DNA of 64,000 bases from NCBI GenBank assembly GCA_964348785.1, contig CAYGDO010000005.1, forward strand, positions 1,188 to 65,187. The letters are read 5' to 3'. The notes below the pieces were generated by a model. That model was not told the origin of the DNA. It made no database searches and saw only the letters and a list, made by a program, of their open reading frames with translations. Positions 1 through 10,271 of the stretch are shown in pieces. This DNA is from an uncultured Candidatus Saccharibacteria bacterium. Its GTDB lineage: Bacteria > Patescibacteriota > Minisyncoccia > Phycocordibacterales > 2-02-FULL-43-11. The position numbers were made by a program, and so were the translations under genes. Every line of letters begins with the position of its first letter. The stretch's first letter is position 1.

Positions 1-282
1 ATCAATTGATAAATATGGCCAAAGGTTCGGTAGGCCGTATTCCTTTTCAAGTGTTTCTAAATATTTCCAATCAATTTTTGTGTTTTTGTATTCTTTTTGA
101 ATATCTTCATCTAAAATCAAAGAGCCGTATTTTATTTCTTGTTGTTTTTTTAAAAAATCATAGCCAGTTCGAAGGTAAACATAACCACAAAATTCATTTA
201 TACCGTGGTTTTTTTTTAATTCTATGGCGATTTTGTGAGCCACTGGAGTGAATCGTCTTTGGAATATTAAACAAGCTTTCAT
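1..282 (-). CDS. Hypothetical protein, N-terminal part only; the gene continues past the window start. ATG at 282-280 on the minus strand; reads MKACLIFQRRFTPVAHKIAIELKKNHG...
   Basis: Open reading frame on the minus strand running off the window edge. It is absent from the ORF track because no stop codon lies inside the window. The overlapping plus-strand ORF 6..251 looks spurious. No recognisable domain. Confidence 0.3.
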   Translation of the reverse strand, partial: MKACLIFQRRFTPVAHKIAIELKKNHGINEFCGYVYLRTGYDFLKKQQEIKYGSLILDEDIQKEYKNTKIDWKYLETLEKEYGLPNLWPYLSID

Positions 283-296
283 CGAGATGATATTTA

Positions 297-2159
297 TTGA
301 TTTATTGGGATAATAAATGTATATTAAATGATACTTACATATACTTAGTAAGTCAATTTATGATTAATTTAGGCGATATAATTGGGATTAATAAGATTTT
401 TAATTTACTTCGATTATTTAAAGGAGCTTTCGGTAAACACAAATTAGAACTGATTGTTATAGTCCTTTTGGGCTTAGTCAGCAGTTTTTTTGAGGGTGTA
501 GGCATTAGTGCCATAATTCCTATCTTTTCTTTTGTTGCTGGACAAGGTGTTTCTTCAACAGACTTTATTACGAAATTTATTGAAAGTGCTTTTAATTTCT
601 TTGGTATCGTTTATACATTTCGGACTTTAATTTATCTTATCGGTTTTTTGTTTGTCGCTAGGATATTTGCTTTATTTTTAATTCAGTACATCACAGCACG
701 AATTGTTTTTGGATATGAGAGAAATATGAGGAATGAATTGTTTCAGTCTACTGTTTCAGCTAAGTGGCCATTTTTGGTAAATCAGAAGGTGGGACATTTA
801 GATCAACTTCTTATAACAAACACTACCAATGTCTCTCAATTTTTTGGTTTTTTTGCGACCTTGATTATAGTTTCGTCTAAGACAATAGCCTATACTCTGA
901 TTGCTATAAATGTATCTTTTACTGTTGCGGTCTTAACTTTGCTAGTTGGGTTGTTGGCTTTTATACTTTTTCAACCACTTTTCACGAAGAATAAAAGAAT
1001 CTCTAGTGAGGCCGAGGAACAAAATAGATCAATTGCGCATTTCACTAGTCAACATGTGGGCGGGATGAAAGCTATAAAAATAATGTCCATTGAAGATGAG
1101 GTGGCAAAACGGGCCTCTGGTTTTTTTGAAAAAGTTAGACAGTTGTACGTTAATATGACTATTGTTAGAGGCACCACGGAAATGCTTATACGAATTGTTG
1201 GCCTTGCTTTTGTCGGGGGAGTTTTTGTTTTTATGTACAAAACGCCGGGATTTAATTTCGCCTCTTTTGCTGTGATTGTTTACGCTATAAACCAATTATT
1301 TAGTCAGATACAGGCAGCACAAACTCAATTCCATGCTATATCAGCCATGACCCCTTATCTTGATAGAACTATTTCTTATGTGAATGATTCAAAAAATATG
1401 AAAGAAGAAAGTAAGGGAGAAATAGCTTTTTCTTTTAATGAAAGTCTTAAATTAACAGATTTAAGTTTTGCCTACCCACAAAGAGGCGAGGTTATTTCAA
1501 AAGTAAATTTATCAATTAACAAAGGAGAAATGGTTGGAATTATCGGACCTTCCGGATCTGGTAAGACCACCATAATTGATTTGATACTTAGATTGTATAC
1601 CCCGACAGAGGGTTTGATACAAGTTGATGGGAAAAATGTAAAAGAGATTGAGTTAAAGAGGTGGAGAGATTATATCGGTTATGTTTCTCAGGATATATTT
1701 ATATTAAATGACACAATAAAAAATAATATTATTTTTTATGATAAGAATGTTAATGAAGGAGACGTTGTTGATTCGGCTAAATTAGTAAATATTGATGATT
1801 TTATAATGTCTTTACCAAATAAATACGACACAGTTATTGGTGATCGAGGTGTTTTGTTGTCTGGCGGACAAAGGCAGAGAATCATATTAGCGAGAATTTT
1901 AGCTAGAAAACCTAAATTACTTATTTTAGATGAAGCCACAAGTTCTTTAGATGGAGAATCTGAGGTTGTTATAAAAGAAGCTATCGATGATTTGAGAGGT
2001 AAAACTACAATTTTGATTGTGGCTCATAGGCTATCAACTATTTCTTCAGTTGATAAGTTGGTAGTTTTAGAAGGTGGAAAAGTGACAGAGGTGGGTAGGC
2101 CAGATGTTTTATTAAAGAATAAAGATTCTTATTTTTACAGATTAAATAATTTAAGTTAA
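297..2159 (+). CDS. ABC transporter, fused permease/ATP-binding protein (MsbA/exporter type). The likely true start is the ATG at 360.
   Basis: N-terminal multi-TM region; Walker A GPSGSGKTT, ABC signature LSGGQRQR, Walker B LLILDEATSSLD, H-loop VAHRL. The track start at 297 is a TTG; the in-frame ATG at 360 gives MINLGDIIG... Confidence 0.85.
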   Translation: MIYWDNKCILNDTYIYLVSQFMINLGDIIGINKIFNLLRLFKGAFGKHKLELIVIVLLGLVSSFFEGVGISAIIPIFSFVAGQGVSSTDFITKFIESAFNFFGIVYTFRTLIYLIGFLFVARIFALFLIQYITARIVFGYERNMRNELFQSTVSAKWPFLVNQKVGHLDQLLITNTTNVSQFFGFFATLIIVSSKTIAYTLIAINVSFTVAVLTLLVGLLAFILFQPLFTKNKRISSEAEEQNRSIAHFTSQHVGGMKAIKIMSIEDEVAKRASGFFEKVRQLYVNMTIVRGTTEMLIRIVGLAFVGGVFVFMYKTPGFNFASFAVIVYAINQLFSQIQAAQTQFHAISAMTPYLDRTISYVNDSKNMKEESKGEIAFSFNESLKLTDLSFAYPQRGEVISKVNLSINKGEMVGIIGPSGSGKTTIIDLILRLYTPTEGLIQVDGKNVKEIELKRWRDYIGYVSQDIFILNDTIKNNIIFYDKNVNEGDVVDSAKLVNIDDFIMSLPNKYDTVIGDRGVLLSGGQRQRIILARILARKPKLLILDEATSSLDGESEVVIKEAIDDLRGKTTILIVAHRLSTISSVDKLVVLEGGKVTEVGRPDVLLKNKDSYFYRLNNLS

Positions 2160-2162
2160 AAA

Positions 2163-3590
2163 ATGAATTTGTTTATTATTGGTCTTGCTCATATTAGACC
2201 TGAGCAGGTTGATGTTGTAAGAGGTCTTTCAAAAAAACATCAGATTTCTTATTGGGTCCGGATGGAGCATTTGTTCGAAATAGATAAGAGCGAATTTCCT
2301 AATACTATTTTTCATGATTATCGATCGGCTTTGGATGGCAAGTCGGCAAACGGAGTGGATGATTCAAGTTTTGAACCGTTATCTGAAGAACTTTTAATAA
2401 AGTTTTCTGAAACTGAGGCAGAAATTTTGACGATGATGGAAAAGAAATTTGAGTCTTGGGGGGTAAATCAGAGACGAGATTTTTATTTTGATTTAATGAG
2501 ATATTGGAAGGGTGTTTTTGAAAAATTTAAACCAGAATTAATTATTTTTTCTGATGTGCCACACGAAGTTTATTCTTTTGTTGTTTATGCTCTTGCTAAA
2601 CATTATGGTGTAAAAACTATAATGTTTGAAAACATTTTTGATTATGGAAGGCTGATGATTTTTAATGACTATAAATTTGGAAATAATCTTTTGGCAAAAG
2701 AAAGTAAAAATAATTTTCCCGATAATTATAGTTTAAAAGATTTAAGCGATTACACTAGAGCTTATTATGAAAAACAAACTTCTGGTAAAGATGAGACCCC
2801 GGTTTATGTGGCCAGTTACAATAAAGAACATAGTGGTTGGAGGAAATTTGCAAGAATGTCTCATGCCATCTGGCCTTTTATTAAAGATGGTTCAATCTTT
2901 GAGCGTGCCACAAGGTATTTTTTTAAACTTTTTAAATCTAATGTGATTAGAGATTATAAAAGATTAGAAATTACACCTGATTTTGATAAAAAATTTATTT
3001 ATGTGACCCTTCATCTCCAGCCAGAAAGAACGACTTCACCTCAAGGGGGTTATTTTGTTGATCAGTTGTTGATGATAAAAACTCTTTCATCAGCTCTTCC
3101 TAAAGATTGGCTTTTGTATGTAAAAGAACACCCAAGTCAGTGGAAGGCACACGGTAAGAGTTACACAGGTTACAGATACCCGGGTTTTTATGAAGAAATT
3201 GTTAAATTAAAAAATGCCAGGATCATTCCTATTACAACTAACAATTATAAATTAATTAAATCTTGTAAGGCAGTCGCAACTATTACAGGTATTCCAGGAT
3301 GGGAGGCCACTTTAAGAGGAAAGCCCGCCCTAATTTTTGGTTATTCATGGTTTATGTATGCTCCTGGGGTTTTTAGAGTTAAAAGCGTAGCCGATTGTAG
3401 GGAAGTTTTAAAAAAAATAGAAGTTGGCTACAAGGCAGATATGCAAAAAATGCTCAACTATACGGCTCTTTTAGATCGTGTCAGTTTTGAGGGTTTTAAT
3501 GATCATTCTGGTAGAAGGATGACAAAAATCCCTGATGAAGAAAATGCGAGCAATATGTTAAAAGCTATTCTTGGCGAATTGGAATCTTAG
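2163..3590 (+). CDS. Capsule-polysaccharide-biosynthesis (KpsC/KpsS, PF05159-like) protein; putative (non)ulosonic-acid glycosyltransferase.
   Basis: Motifs VTLHLQPERTTSPQGG...LLYVKEHPSQ and ITGIPGWEATLRGKPALIFG resemble the Capsule_synth family (Kdo-transferase-type retaining GT). It sits between an ABC exporter and a nonulosonic-acid pathway. The assignment is recalled from memory, not aligned. Confidence 0.45.
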   Translation: MNLFIIGLAHIRPEQVDVVRGLSKKHQISYWVRMEHLFEIDKSEFPNTIFHDYRSALDGKSANGVDDSSFEPLSEELLIKFSETEAEILTMMEKKFESWGVNQRRDFYFDLMRYWKGVFEKFKPELIIFSDVPHEVYSFVVYALAKHYGVKTIMFENIFDYGRLMIFNDYKFGNNLLAKESKNNFPDNYSLKDLSDYTRAYYEKQTSGKDETPVYVASYNKEHSGWRKFARMSHAIWPFIKDGSIFERATRYFFKLFKSNVIRDYKRLEITPDFDKKFIYVTLHLQPERTTSPQGGYFVDQLLMIKTLSSALPKDWLLYVKEHPSQWKAHGKSYTGYRYPGFYEEIVKLKNARIIPITTNNYKLIKSCKAVATITGIPGWEATLRGKPALIFGYSWFMYAPGVFRVKSVADCREVLKKIEVGYKADMQKMLNYTALLDRVSFEGFNDHSGRRMTKIPDEENASNMLKAILGELES

Positions 3591-3629
3591 CTTGATTTTG
3601 TGTCTATTTTTTGAGATTATTCATCCACT

Positions 3630-4640
3630 ATGGATATATTCAAAAATAAGACAATTTTGATTACTGGGGGCACTGGATCTTTCGGTAGGAATTTTGCTAA
3701 ATATCTTTTAGAAAATGCTCCGCTTAAAAAACTCATTATTTTCAGTCGTGATGAATTTAAACAGATGCAACTTGCAGATGAGATTGGAGATGATAAAAGA
3801 GTCAGATTTTTTATAGGCGATATAAGAGATAGAGAAAGATTAGCAAGAGCTTTTGAAGGAGTGGATATTATTGTTCATGCTGCCGCTTTAAAACAGGTTC
3901 CGACTCTTGAGTTTAATCCTTTTGAAGCTGTTAAAACAAACATTAACGGTAGTCAAAATATTATCGAAGAAGCTATAAATCAAGGAGTTGATAAAGTCCT
4001 TCTTATTTCTACAGATAAAGCTGCCCAACCTGCCAACCTTTATGGAGCAACAAAACTTTGTGCTGAAAAACTTTTTGTGGCTGGCAATGTTTATTCTGCT
4101 GGTAGAACAAAATTTAGCGCTGTTAGATATGGCAATGTTATGGGCAGTCGAGGTAGTATCATAGAAAAAGTTTTAAAGAATAAAAATTTAGATCTTGTTC
4201 ATATTACTCATGAGGAGATGACAAGGTTTTGGATTAATTTAAATCAAAGTTTTGAACTTGTACTTTTTGCTTTAAAGAATATGAATGGGGGAGAGATATT
4301 TATACCAAAAATTGAAAGCATGAAGATCGTTGATTTGTTTGATGTCATTGCTCCCGGAATTAACAGAAAGGTTATTGGTATTAGGCCAGGAGAGAAATTG
4401 CACGAAGTTTTACTCACAAAAGATGAATCAAGACATGCTCTAGAATTGAAAAATTATTTTGCTATTTTACCTGAACATGAGGAATTTTTTAATAACAAAA
4501 AAAGATATGCCAATTTGTTTAAAATTGGCAAAAAAGTTGAGGATGGCTTTGAGTTTACTAGTGATACAAATAAAGATTGGTTAACAAAAGAAAAATTTAA
4601 AGAAATAGTTAATCTTGTAAAAAAACAAATAGGGGCCTAG
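3630..4640 (+). CDS. pseB: UDP-N-acetylglucosamine 4,6-dehydratase (inverting), PseB/FlaA1/CapD family.
   Basis: N-terminal Rossmann motif ILITGGTGSFG; downstream IIFSRDEFKQ, VHAAALKQVP, LYGATKLCAEKLF (YxxxK), VRYGNVMGSRGS and IGIRPGEKLHE. These are near-colinear with H. pylori PseB, and the 336-aa size fits. Confidence 0.8.
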   Translation: MDIFKNKTILITGGTGSFGRNFAKYLLENAPLKKLIIFSRDEFKQMQLADEIGDDKRVRFFIGDIRDRERLARAFEGVDIIVHAAALKQVPTLEFNPFEAVKTNINGSQNIIEEAINQGVDKVLLISTDKAAQPANLYGATKLCAEKLFVAGNVYSAGRTKFSAVRYGNVMGSRGSIIEKVLKNKNLDLVHITHEEMTRFWINLNQSFELVLFALKNMNGGEIFIPKIESMKIVDLFDVIAPGINRKVIGIRPGEKLHEVLLTKDESRHALELKNYFAILPEHEEFFNNKKRYANLFKIGKKVEDGFEFTSDTNKDWLTKEKFKEIVNLVKKQIGA

Positions 4641-4650
4641 TTTTAATTTT

Positions 4651-5724
4651 ATGAATAAAATTAAAAAATTTTCTAAAGTTTTTAAAGTAGGAAAAAGATT
4701 GGTTGGAGAAGGTGCTCCGGCTTTAATCATTGCTGATATTGGTGCTAATTTTGATGGTGATCTTGAGAAAGCCAAAAAATTGGCTCTAGCTGTAAAACAA
4801 TCAGGGGGTGATGTTGTTAAAATTCAAAGTTTTAAAGCAGATAAGATTGTTTCGGGTAGGGCGTTTTCCTCAATGAAATTGAAGGGGGTTCACGGCAGTT
4901 GGAATAAACCAATTGATGAGGTTTTTAAGTCAGCAGAATTTAGAAGAGAGTGGCATAAAGAATTTTTTGATTATTGTAAAAAAATTGGTATCGAAGTTTC
5001 TTCTTCTCCTTATGATTTTGAAGCGGTTGATTTGATGGAAAAGATTGGTGTCAATTTTTATAAAATTGGTTCAGGAGATATTACTTGGCATGAGATGCTT
5101 CGATATATTGGAGGTAAGGGAAAGCCTGTCATTTTAGCAACTGGCGCTAGTGATTTAGCTGAAGTTAGCGAAGCTGTCGAAGTTATTAGAAGTACTGGCA
5201 ATATGGATTTTGCTTTACTTCAATGTATTACAAATTATCCTTCAAGAATTGAAAGTGCCAATTTAAAAGTGTTGTCGGTTTATGAAAAAGTTTTTGATGT
5301 TATTACTGGTTATTCAGACCATACTCCTGGAGATACGGTAGTTTTGGGCGCTGTTGCTCTTGGTGCAAAAGTAATCGAAAAACATTTCACTTTAAATAAA
5401 AAAGATGCGGGACCTGATCATCCACATTCAATGGAACCAGAAGAGTTTTCTCTTATGGTCAAACATATTCGTGATATGGAAAGAGCTCTTGGTGATGGAG
5501 TTAAAAAAGTGGAGGAAGAAGAGAGTGAAACAGTTATTGTTCAAAGAAGGGGACTTTGCGTAAATAAAAAAATAAAATTAGGAGAGGTCTTCAAGAAAGA
5601 TAATGTAATTGAACTTCGACCGGCTCTTGGAATCTTGCCTAAATATAAGGAAGTTGTGATTGGTCATAAAGCTAAAAAAGACATGGAGGCCGGTAGCCCA
5701 ATAAAGTGGGAAGATTTGGCTTAA
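4651..5724 (+). CDS. Nonulosonic acid synthase, NeuB/PseI/LegI family (sialic-acid-synthase fold plus C-terminal SAF domain).
   Basis: ALIIADIGANFDGDLEKAKKLALAVKQSGGDVVKIQSF matches the NeuB N-terminal TIM-barrel signature. The C-terminal SAF-like segment is GLCVNKKIKLGEVFKKDNVIELRP. Confidence 0.8.
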   Translation: MNKIKKFSKVFKVGKRLVGEGAPALIIADIGANFDGDLEKAKKLALAVKQSGGDVVKIQSFKADKIVSGRAFSSMKLKGVHGSWNKPIDEVFKSAEFRREWHKEFFDYCKKIGIEVSSSPYDFEAVDLMEKIGVNFYKIGSGDITWHEMLRYIGGKGKPVILATGASDLAEVSEAVEVIRSTGNMDFALLQCITNYPSRIESANLKVLSVYEKVFDVITGYSDHTPGDTVVLGAVALGAKVIEKHFTLNKKDAGPDHPHSMEPEEFSLMVKHIRDMERALGDGVKKVEEEESETVIVQRRGLCVNKKIKLGEVFKKDNVIELRPALGILPKYKEVVIGHKAKKDMEAGSPIKWEDLA

Positions 5725-5727
5725 AAT

Positions 5728-6318
5728 ATGTCACTTTCAGAAAGAGAAAAATTTATTGCCTTAGTTAGTAATGACACTCTAAAAAAGTCTGATGCCATCG
5801 TTATCCTTGAAGGTGATGGCTTTAATCGAATTTCTCACGGGGCTTTTTTATTTAAGAATGGTTGGGCACCACTTATTGTTATCTCTGGGGGGATAGACAA
5901 GCCACCGCATAGTTTACCGGCAAAAGTTATGTTACCTGAACTTTTAAAGTTGGGTATAAAAGAGAGCTCTGTTTTGTTGGAAGAGAAATCAATGAACACC
6001 AGAGAGCAGGCTGTGGAGATTATGAAAATGGTTAAAGAGAAAAATTGGAAAAGTATTATAATTGTAGCGTCACATTATCATCAATATCGAGCTTACCTTA
6101 CGTTTTTAAAAGGTATGAAGGAAGCTGGTTTGGATATTTTGATTATCAATTCTCCAGCAAGAGATTTAAAATGGTTTGAAGATGATGAGAAAGCTAGTGG
6201 AAAAAGAGTAGATGTTTTGGAGAGAGAATTTGAAAAAATAGAGGAGTACAGTTTAAAAGGCCATATTGCTAGTTTTGAAGATGTCATTCTATATCAAATT
6301 TGGAAAGAAGCCCAATAA
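5728..6318 (+). CDS. DUF218 (YdcF/SanA/ElyC-like) domain protein.
   Basis: SDAIVILEGDGFNRISHGAFLFKNGWAPLIVISGG is typical of the DUF218 core. Confidence 0.55.
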   Translation: MSLSEREKFIALVSNDTLKKSDAIVILEGDGFNRISHGAFLFKNGWAPLIVISGGIDKPPHSLPAKVMLPELLKLGIKESSVLLEEKSMNTREQAVEIMKMVKEKNWKSIIIVASHYHQYRAYLTFLKGMKEAGLDILIINSPARDLKWFEDDEKASGKRVDVLEREFEKIEEYSLKGHIASFEDVILYQIWKEAQ

Positions 6319-6325
6319 AAATAAC

Positions 6326-6961
6326 ATGAAAAATGATGATGCAAAAAAAATAATGGGAGAAAATTTTATTGGATATGATGAAATCATTTCTATTTCTAAT
6401 GATTTGAATTTGGAAAAAATAGACATAGGCAGTGTTCCAGAAATTCCTTTTTCTGAAAAAGTTTTAAATGACAATAAAGATAACATTTTGATTTTGGGTG
6501 TTTCAAAACATAAAGATGGTTCGCCTCTAACTTTAAATAGTTTAAGAAATTTATTTGGACTGGATCCTGAAAAAAAAGAGCCCTGTTTTTACAACCAGGA
6601 TTGGTATTTGAAACAAGGTTTTGCCAACGAATCTTTGGAATCCAAATGGTATTTGGTAAAGAAAAATATAGAAGAAAAAACCAGGGGAGAGGAGCCTCAA
6701 AAAATAATTAGTGAATTAGATAACGGTGAATCTTTACCAAAAGCTGTAGTTACTGCTTATGTCTTTTTTGCAAATTATCTACTCAATAAAGAAATTTTGT
6801 GGGAGGGTGATTTTATCTGGTGTTCTGATTTGGATGATAATGGGGACAGGATTTATACAGGTAGATACATTGATCCATCAGGAAAAAATAAAAAAGGGTT
6901 TAACATCCATCGCCATTTAAGCATTCGTCCTTGTTATGGGGCCATTTTAGAAATAAAATAA
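6326..6961 (+). CDS. Hypothetical protein. Track ORF 6266..6961 starts at a TTG; the ATG at 6326 avoids overlap with the upstream gene.
   Basis: Long ORF with coding-like composition inside the glycan operon. No recognisable motif. Confidence 0.4.
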   Translation: MKNDDAKKIMGENFIGYDEIISISNDLNLEKIDIGSVPEIPFSEKVLNDNKDNILILGVSKHKDGSPLTLNSLRNLFGLDPEKKEPCFYNQDWYLKQGFANESLESKWYLVKKNIEEKTRGEEPQKIISELDNGESLPKAVVTAYVFFANYLLNKEILWEGDFIWCSDLDDNGDRIYTGRYIDPSGKNKKGFNIHRHLSIRPCYGAILEIK

Positions 6962-6963
6962 AA

Positions 6964-7281
6964 ATGGAAAACAATAATTTTAATTTAATAGACAGTGAGG
7001 AGAAGAGTTTGGTAGGTCTTCTTTATAACCACATTTCTTTTGGGACAACAATGGAGATGTTTAATGAGCTTGGCGAGGGGGGCTTAGCAAGATTAAATAA
7101 TTTAAGAAATGTTTTCCGTAAGTTGGTTTCCAAATATAATTTAACATCACAATTTAGCAGTCAGGATTTTTTGTTGTTAGGACTAATTGATTTTGTCAGT
7201 GATGAGGATTTAAAATATTTTAAGGAAAGTGGTAACAATCATTTAAAAAATCGAGTTTTGTATTTTACTAAGAGTAAATAA
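6964..7281 (+). CDS. Hypothetical small protein. Track ORF 6931..7281 starts at a TTG; ATG at 6964.
   Basis: ORF packed tightly between neighbours. No recognisable motif. Confidence 0.3.
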   Translation: MENNNFNLIDSEEKSLVGLLYNHISFGTTMEMFNELGEGGLARLNNLRNVFRKLVSKYNLTSQFSSQDFLLLGLIDFVSDEDLKYFKESGNNHLKNRVLYFTKSK

Positions 7282-7290
7282 TTAAACAAT

Positions 7291-8514
7291 ATGGCCAAAA
7301 AACAAAAAAAAATCCTTCGGGTGGGCAAAAAAGAAAGAGCTTATGTTGAAGAGGTTTTGAAGACTGAGTTTCGATCTTCAAAAGGTTGCAATATGCTTCG
7401 TCGATTTGAAGACGCCTTTTCAAAGAGATTTGGTGTTAAATATTCTGTGGGTCACACAAATGGTACAGCAACACTTCATTCTGCTTTGTTTGCGGTTGGG
7501 GTAAGAGCCGGGGATGAAGTAATTGTCCCGCCTCTTACAATGTCAGCAACAACTATGGCTGTTCTTCACGCTGACGCTGTGCCTGTTTTTGCTGATGTTC
7601 TAGAAGATACTTATCAAATTAATCCAAAATCAATTGAGAAATTAATTACTCCTAGAACAAAAGCAATTATTACAGTTGCTCTTTATGGTTTGTCACCTCA
7701 AATGGACGAAATAAAGAAAATTGCTAAGAAAAATAATATTAAAGTTATTGAAGATGATGCCCAGTGTTTTCTAGGAGAATATAAAGGAAAGTTAGTTGGC
7801 ACTTTGGGTGATGTTTCAAGTTTTAGTTTTCAAAGCAGTAAACACATGACAGCAGGAGAAGGTGGAATGGTTTGTACTGACGATTTAGAAATTGCTGATA
7901 AGGTTAGAAGATTTTCTGTTTTAGGTTATGCGAGCGTTTCTGCTAAAGTGGGGAAAATTACAAAAAATGATATTCAAAATCCAAATTACGACAGACATTC
8001 TGAAATGGGATTTAATTATAGAATGTCAGAACTTTGTGCCGCAGTCTCTTTTGGTCAGTTAGAAAGATTGGATGAATTGGTACAAAGGAGAATAGATGTT
8101 GCTAATTTGTTTATTAAAACAATAGGTAATTGTAAATGGCTTAAGGTCCAAAAGACTCCAGATGACTGCAAACACTCATATTGGGCCTTGCCAGTAAGGA
8201 TGCTTCATCCAACTATTTCTTGGGCAGATTTTAGAAAGAAATTTATGGAATTTGGTGGCGATGGAATTTATGCCACTTGGAAGTTGACTTATTTGGAACC
8301 AATGTTTAAGACCTTAAATTTTTCTGGAAAGGAAACCGTGATCAAGGCTACGTACAAAGGCACAATGCAAAAGTTTGAAAAAGGTCTTTGTCCTGTTGCC
8401 GAAAAACTTCAAAAAGAAATTTTAGCTTTTAAGACAAATTATTGGGATTGGGGTAGGGCTTTGAAACAAGCAGAAATTTTAAAAAAGACTATAGAGTTTT
8501 ATGATAAAAAATAA
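7291..8514 (+). CDS. DegT/DnrJ/EryC1/StrS-family PLP-dependent sugar aminotransferase (PseC/ArnB-like).
   Basis: Conserved PLP-lysine context SFSFQSSKHMTAGEGGMVCTDD; N-terminal GVKYSVGHTNGTATLHSALFAVG; family-typical length. Confidence 0.85.
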   Translation: MAKKQKKILRVGKKERAYVEEVLKTEFRSSKGCNMLRRFEDAFSKRFGVKYSVGHTNGTATLHSALFAVGVRAGDEVIVPPLTMSATTMAVLHADAVPVFADVLEDTYQINPKSIEKLITPRTKAIITVALYGLSPQMDEIKKIAKKNNIKVIEDDAQCFLGEYKGKLVGTLGDVSSFSFQSSKHMTAGEGGMVCTDDLEIADKVRRFSVLGYASVSAKVGKITKNDIQNPNYDRHSEMGFNYRMSELCAAVSFGQLERLDELVQRRIDVANLFIKTIGNCKWLKVQKTPDDCKHSYWALPVRMLHPTISWADFRKKFMEFGGDGIYATWKLTYLEPMFKTLNFSGKETVIKATYKGTMQKFEKGLCPVAEKLQKEILAFKTNYWDWGRALKQAEILKKTIEFYDKK

Positions 8515-9253
8515 AAGAGTTATTGCAACTATTCAAGTAAGATTGACCTCTTCTCGTTTGCCGGGAAAAGCCATGTTGCCTCTTGCTGGAAAACCGGTCA
8601 TAGAGCATATGATTGAAAGGCATCGAAAAAGTAAGTACACAGACGAAGTTGTCGTTGCAACCACCACAAACAAAACTGATGATCCGATTGCTGAATTTTG
8701 TAAAAAAATATCTTGTCCTTGTTGGAGAGGAAGTGAAGAAGATGTTTTATCTCGTGTGACTGACGCTGCCAGAAGTCAAAAAGCAGATATTGTGGTCCAA
8801 GGAATGGCAGACAGCCCTCTTGTTGATTTTAGGATTGTAGACAGACTTTTGGAGATGTTGATAGATAGTGAGACTGAATACGTAAGCAATGAAATAGAAG
8901 AATCTTTTCCTGTTGGCTTTGATGCTAGGGCTTTTTTGTTTAGTGCTATCGAAAAAAGTGAACGTGTTGGGAAAGACCAAATGTATCGCGAGCACGCAGG
9001 ATATTATATTTTTTCTCATCCAAAAGAATTTAAGCAAATTAATTGGAAAGCTGAAGGTGAGATGTTTTGGCCAAAACTTAGACTGACTTTAGATACTAAG
9101 GAAGATTATGAATTGATCAGTGCAGTTTACGATGCTCTGTATCCTAAAAATAATGACTTTTCTTCTTTAGATGTGGTAAAGTTCTTGAGACAGCATCCTG
9201 AATTGGTCGCAATTAATAGTGATGTCCTGCAGAAAAAACCAACTAATAATTAA
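8501..9253 (+). CDS. Acylneuraminate/pseudaminate cytidylyltransferase-family protein (CTP_transf_3; NeuA/PseF/SpsF-like).
   Basis: N-terminus IATIQVRLTSSRLPGKAMLPLAGKPVIEH matches the cytidylyltransferase P-loop-like motif. It overlaps the aminotransferase gene end, which suggests an operon. Confidence 0.7.
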   Translation: MIKNKRVIATIQVRLTSSRLPGKAMLPLAGKPVIEHMIERHRKSKYTDEVVVATTTNKTDDPIAEFCKKISCPCWRGSEEDVLSRVTDAARSQKADIVVQGMADSPLVDFRIVDRLLEMLIDSETEYVSNEIEESFPVGFDARAFLFSAIEKSERVGKDQMYREHAGYYIFSHPKEFKQINWKAEGEMFWPKLRLTLDTKEDYELISAVYDALYPKNNDFSSLDVVKFLRQHPELVAINSDVLQKKPTNN

Positions 9254-9259
9254 AAAATT

Positions 9260-10120
9260 ATGAAAATTATTAAAAAGATTAGTATCGAAGAATTACCAAA
9301 GTGGTCTTCATGGCCAGCAAGAATTTTTGGATTGAAAGAATGGAAAAATGTCCAAAGAGGAGTAGGGAAGGTGGAACAAGAATATAATAAAGAAAAATAT
9401 GCTGAGTGCTTGGAATTGTATAGGAAAGCTACAAAAAAACCGTCAGTTGGGGAAATAAAAAAATTTGAATATAGAGATTTTGCTGGAAAAGTTTGTATTT
9501 CTTTCCGAAATAAACTTGTAATTGTAAAAGCTGAGGATGCTCTTAAAGAGTATTATGAAATGATTTTAAAGACCCTTACACCTCTTATAAAAGATGGTGA
9601 TGCAGTTTTAGAACTTGGTGCAGGTTATGGATATAATCTGGATCTCCTCCGAAAGAAAATAAAAAAAGATGTGAAGTTTTATGGTGGTGAATATTCAGAG
9701 AATGCCGTTACTTTAGGAAATGAAATTTTTAAAAATGATAAAAACCCAATCAATTTGGAAGTTTTTAATTTCTATGATGAGGAATATAAAATTTTAGAGA
9801 AAATTGATAGGCCTGTTGTTTTGTTTACAGCTCATGCTATTGAACAGATTCCTGATATCAGCAATATGTTTAAGGCCTTGAAGAAGTATAAAAATAAAAT
9901 TAAAGCAGTTGTTCATTTTGAACCAGTCTATGAACTCCATGACGATTCTTTACTTGGGATGATGAGAAAGGCTTACGCAAACGCCGTTGATTATAGTAGA
10001 AATTTGATGAGTGAATTAAAGAAAAATGAAGATATAAAGGTGCTTTCTGTTAAGCCAGATTTTCTTGGTTATAATCCTCTGAATTCAACTTCGGTCATAA
10101 AGTGGCAGTATAAAAAATAG
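9260..10120 (+). CDS. Class I SAM-dependent methyltransferase (putative sugar-modifying).
   Basis: Motif I-like VLELGAGYGYNLDLL; last gene of the glycan operon before the high-GC island. Confidence 0.5.
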   Translation: MKIIKKISIEELPKWSSWPARIFGLKEWKNVQRGVGKVEQEYNKEKYAECLELYRKATKKPSVGEIKKFEYRDFAGKVCISFRNKLVIVKAEDALKEYYEMILKTLTPLIKDGDAVLELGAGYGYNLDLLRKKIKKDVKFYGGEYSENAVTLGNEIFKNDKNPINLEVFNFYDEEYKILEKIDRPVVLFTAHAIEQIPDISNMFKALKKYKNKIKAVVHFEPVYELHDDSLLGMMRKAYANAVDYSRNLMSELKKNEDIKVLSVKPDFLGYNPLNSTSVIKWQYKK

Positions 10121-10271
10121 GGAACCTGGCGGATGCTTTCTGAGTAGCTTCTGCTATTCGTCTGCCGGTGTTTAAGAAAGAGACCTCTATTGCACATAAT
10201 GAATTATTGTGTTATTATTTAAAATGGTAGTTTTTTGAATTTGAACAGGCAACAATCAACTTAACACAGAC

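Noticed and set aside
6-251. Plus-strand 81-aa ORF at the window start
   Set aside because: Low-complexity product with no motif. It overlaps a more convincing minus-strand ORF (1-282) that runs off the window edge, so it is probably an antisense artefact.
1029-1939. Minus-strand ORFs 1029..1295, 1049..1240, 1736..1939 inside the ABC transporter gene
   Set aside because: They are fully nested antisense to a gene with clear Walker A/B and ABC-signature motifs. Products are low-complexity.
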